A stretch of 64,000 nucleotides of DNA, taken from Candidatus Ozemobacteraceae bacterium. Its GTDB lineage: Bacteria; Muiribacteriota; Ozemobacteria; Ozemobacterales; Ozemobacteraceae. Within the stretch, counting starts at the first letter, position 1; each line of letters begins with the position of its first letter. The DNA lies in contig OZ223236.1 of NCBI GenBank assembly GCA_965140445.1, positions 1 through 64,000 on the forward strand, written 5' to 3'. The position numbers were made by a program, and so were the translations under genes. The notes beneath the pieces were generated by a model that was given only the letters and a program-made list of their open reading frames with translations, did not search any database and was not told where the DNA came from. Shown here one piece after another: positions 60,977-64,000 of the stretch.

Positions 60977-61933
60977 CTATTTTTGCCTTTGCTCTCCTGC
61001 CAAAAAGCTTTTATAAGCCAACTCCAACCCCTCTTTGAGATTTAGGGAAGGACGCCAGCCAAGCTCGGTTAAACGCTCGGTGTTTAGCAATTTCTGCATT
61101 GTTCCGTCTGGTTTTTCCGAATCCCATTCCCATTCACCTTTGAAACCAACAACTTCCTTTATTGTTTCAGCCAGTTCTCTGATAGTAAGATCTTTTCCAC
61201 AACCAATGTTAATAAGTGGGAAGCCATCAGCAAATAACTTTTCGTCCGAAAGCCCCATCAAATAGACACAAGCATCGGCCATATCGTCTGAAAATAGAAA
61301 TTCTCGACGAGGCCTCCCGCTACCCCACAGTTTAACAGCCTGCTCGCCGTTAATTTTGGCTTCATGTATTTTACGAATTAAAGCAGGAAGAACATGAGAA
61401 GTTTGCAAATCATAATTATCCCAGGGGCCATACAAATTTGTTGGCATAACTGCAAAAAACTTTGTTCCATATTGCCTGTTATAGCTTTCACACATTTTAA
61501 TTCCAGCAATTTTGGCAATAGCATATGGCTCGTTAGTCTTCTCTAGCTCGCCAGTCAAAAGATATTCCTCTTTCATTGGCTGAGGACAGTTCTTAGGATA
61601 AACGCATGAAGAACCGAGAAAAAGAAGCCTTTTTACGCCATATTTATAGGAAGAGTGAATAAGATTATTCTGGATACAAAGATTGTCATAGATAAAATCA
61701 GCTGGATAGGTTGCATTTGCATGGATTCCCCCAACTTTTGCAGCAGCAAGAAAAACATACTCAGGCTTTTCTGATTTAAAAAATTCTTCGACAGAAGCAA
61801 AGTCACGAAGATCCATATCGGAAAAGCTTCTTGTTATTATGTTATTAAAACCATTCCCCTGAAGTTTTCGCATTAAAGCGCTTCCCACAAGGCCTTTGTG
61901 TCCCGCAACGTAAATTCTGGAATTCTTTTCCAT
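60977..61933 (-). CDS. fcl: GDP-L-fucose synthase
   Basis: VAGHKGLVGSA, AAAKVGGI, LGSSCVYP, YAIAK, PTNLYG, SHVLPA, WGSG.PRREF, KPDG. Confidence 0.95.
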   Translation of the reverse strand: MEKNSRIYVAGHKGLVGSALMRKLQGNGFNNIITRSFSDMDLRDFASVEEFFKSEKPEYVFLAAAKVGGIHANATYPADFIYDNLCIQNNLIHSSYKYGVKRLLFLGSSCVYPKNCPQPMKEEYLLTGELEKTNEPYAIAKIAGIKMCESYNRQYGTKFFAVMPTNLYGPWDNYDLQTSHVLPALIRKIHEAKINGEQAVKLWGSGRPRREFLFSDDMADACVYLMGLSDEKLFADGFPLINIGCGKDLTIRELAETIKEVVGFKGEWEWDSEKPDGTMQKLLNTERLTELGWRPSLNLKEGLELAYKSFLAGEQRQK

Positions 61934-62041
61934 TTTAATTATTGTCCCTGTTAAATATTTGCCAAAAGTAACTTAAAAACGTCCAAAAAATCAAGTTGAA
62001 ATAGGTGCTCAAAGTCAAAGTAAATAAAAACAACCCTGCTG

Positions 62042-62090
62042 AAAATCAAAAGCTTGTGATTCCATTTATTGAAATCACAAGCTTTGAAAA
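62042..62090 (-). terminator. Long hairpin terminator after the acylase gene
   Basis: AAAGCTTGTGATT...AATCACAAGCTTT inverted repeat, followed by T-rich sequence on the - strand. Confidence 0.8.
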
Positions 62091-62107
62091 TACTTTAAAA
62101 ATTTAAG

Positions 62108-64000
62108 TTATGGTTGAAGAACCATAAACCGCCCGCCAAGATGTCGAACTTCCTTCATTGTTAAAGCACGTGGTTTAAAAACGAAATTTTGGAAATTTTT
62201 CATCTGATCTTTTTCAAATTTACCAAACTCACTATTGCCTGGTGGCATACAACCAAATACCTTAATACCATCTTTATCCAGTTCAACAATCTGAACATCA
62301 GTTCCTCTATTCATAAATGGAGAAAAGCTTGCCTCAGATGTCATTGTTGGAACTCCAAGATGATTTACTCCAGCAAATTCCATTTTTGGACAATCAGCAT
62401 CAATAATATTAAGCCCATCTTGAGTCATTTTCATAACTGCTTTGCTAAAAGCTCCAAAAACGACATCACCTGTCTTCTTGTTTCCAAGGTAATTAAAATT
62501 AGACTCTCGCAAAAGAGCTTTGGCAAGTAACGAAGATTGTGTCCATGTTGAATCTGAGCCGACCATCCATGCAAAGTCATTCAAAGTTTCTCCGAACACA
62601 TCATTGAAAATTTCATTCCAGAATGCTTCAAACAAACCTGCGCCTTTGTGATCAAATTTTCCATCAGAATCAAAATCTGTTCTGGTATTATCCCAACTGG
62701 CCAATATCTCATAAGCATTTCTTGTGAGTGGGGTAAACTTTTTCTTATCAATAAATGCCATCAAAAAATCTTTGAAAAAGAAAGCTCTTTGATCAGTAAA
62801 AGCAATGTCTTTATCAAGCTTTTTCAAATAATCAGTTGACCACCAGCCCGAATTGATTCTTACATGCTCAGCAATATATCTAGATCGCTGATCTGCTGCC
62901 CAGCCAGTTTGCAAATCTCCGTCGCGGTAGCCTTTTACAGGAGGGCAATTCCAATTTACATAAAAACCTGTTTCTGGATTTTTACCAGCAAGTCTTTTAT
63001 CTGGAAACGGAAACACCGGTGGAACAGTAACTGGCAATCGGTCATCACCAAAGCTGTTTCGACTTTTTCCAAGTCCGCAGTGAACAAAACTTATATTCGC
63101 ATTTCTATCTGCTGCAATCCAGTTAATAGATAGGGCATTTCGATCTGATGCATCCAGCCATTCATCTATTGTTCTGGCAAAGGTTGAGTCAAACCATCCA
63201 GCATAAGAATCTACAACACGATCTTTCCAGCCTCGACTTTTAACGTAATAAACCCCATTTTCATCGGCAATAACTGGACCAATCTTAGTATCAACAACTT
63301 CACGGATTTCTGGGGATTTTTGTCCCTTAACAAAAATCTGCTCTTTGCGAACTTTTTTACGCAAATTGAAATTCCCACCAATTAGAACATCTTTATCTTC
63401 TTCTGAGGGCTTAACCACAATTAAATCAACCAGATTTCCAACTCCAGCAGTTGCGGTAAAAGCAAGATTCCGATTGGCAGCGAACATAATAAAAATGTAA
63501 CCAACAGGAGTAGTGCCGACAATATCAAATTCCGGAGTATGAAGACCTATTGAGTATACCGCTGAAGGCTTGAAATAACCCATTTGTGGCCCACCAAGCA
63601 TCCAGGCCTTTTTATTGGCCTGATCAGATAAAACAATCCCATAGCTGCCAGATTTATCTGGTATTCCAGTAGATTTTAAAACCCTGTTCCTTTTCTGATT
63701 TCTCAAACCAGGCGAATGAACGGGAGAGCTAATTCCCCGTTTAGTACCAATATGAGGTGGATATCTAAAACCAGGTTTAAAGTAAGTTACATCACCAAGA
63801 GTTGTGAACACCTTTGGATCTTCGTAAAAAATAACATCCTCAAATATGTTTGAAGCAGCTCTTGAACCATATTTTCTTACCAACATATTCAGCAAATGAA
63901 GATTATCTAGCTCCTGAGTAAAATCATTGTATCTGGCTGCCATGGTGCCAGCAAACAAGTTTAAAACCTGAAGTTCAGAAAAAGGGCTTGGATGAATCCC
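62108..64000 (-). CDS. Penicillin G acylase family (S45 Ntn hydrolase); 5' end lies outside the window
   Basis: The frame is open to the window edge. FAGTMAARY...ELDNL resembles the alpha chain. The beta chain starts SYGIV...GPQMG...YSIGLH and includes NW.AAD..NI, NWN, FMNRGT and PPGNS. Confidence 0.9.
   Translation of the reverse strand, partial: GIHPSPFSELQVLNLFAGTMAARYNDFTQELDNLHLLNMLVRKYGSRAASNIFEDVIFYEDPKVFTTLGDVTYFKPGFRYPPHIGTKRGISSPVHSPGLRNQKRNRVLKSTGIPDKSGSYGIVLSDQANKKAWMLGGPQMGYFKPSAVYSIGLHTPEFDIVGTTPVGYIFIMFAANRNLAFTATAGVGNLVDLIVVKPSEEDKDVLIGGNFNLRKKVRKEQIFVKGQKSPEIREVVDTKIGPVIADENGVYYVKSRGWKDRVVDSYAGWFDSTFARTIDEWLDASDRNALSINWIAADRNANISFVHCGLGKSRNSFGDDRLPVTVPPVFPFPDKRLAGKNPETGFYVNWNCPPVKGYRDGDLQTGWAADQRSRYIAEHVRINSGWWSTDYLKKLDKDIAFTDQRAFFFKDFLMAFIDKKKFTPLTRNAYEILASWDNTRTDFDSDGKFDHKGAGLFEAFWNEIFNDVFGETLNDFAWMVGSDSTWTQSSLLAKALLRESNFNYLGNKKTGDVVFGAFSKAVMKMTQDGLNIIDADCPKMEFAGVNHLGVPTMTSEASFSPFMNRGTDVQIVELDKDGIKVFGCMPPGNSEFGKFEKDQMKNFQNFVFKPRALTMKEVRHLGGRFMVLQP

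Noticed and set aside
62053..62080. TGTGA...TCACA as a CRP site
   Set aside because: The spacer is far longer than 6 nt, and the arms belong to the terminator hairpin.
1..64000. Numerous 60-150 aa antisense or nested ORFs in the track; tRNA, rRNA, IS or prophage genes
   Set aside because: The short ORFs shadow well-supported genes and carry no motifs. I saw no RNA gene, transposase, integrase or phage signatures.

Overview
AT-rich chromosomal window from a diderm bacterium using genetic code 11. The many ~950-aa HAMP-SpoIIE and HAMP-cyclase membrane proteins suggest Candidatus Riflebacteria, which is a tentative guess. I saw no rRNA, tRNA, CRISPR array or mobile element. The + strand 1-13.5 kb carries an FHA-GAF-degenerate GGDEF protein, a frameshifted coiled-coil/DUF2325-like gene, an ECF sigma/anti-sigma pair, trxA, glgB and two tandem HAMP-SpoIIE phosphatases. 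A long - strand block holds dxs, a sugar transferase, cheB/cheR, rlmH, nnr, murI, a reduced dcw cluster (murD-ftsW-murG-ftsQ-ftsA-ftsZ), larB/larC, a GH13 enzyme, a porin/small binding protein/MCP module and an 812-aa hypothetical protein. Then come four tandem + strand membrane class III nucleotidyl cyclases, an EamA transporter, fcl and a partial penicillin acylase. Top finding: the four cyclases alternate A-B-A-B with complementary catalytic defects. The A copies lack the first metal-binding Asp but keep Asn/Arg and KGK, while the B copies keep both Asp but lack the Arg and KGK. Each A-B pair has overlapping reading frames. This predicts obligate heterodimeric, C1/C2-like bacterial adenylyl cyclases.
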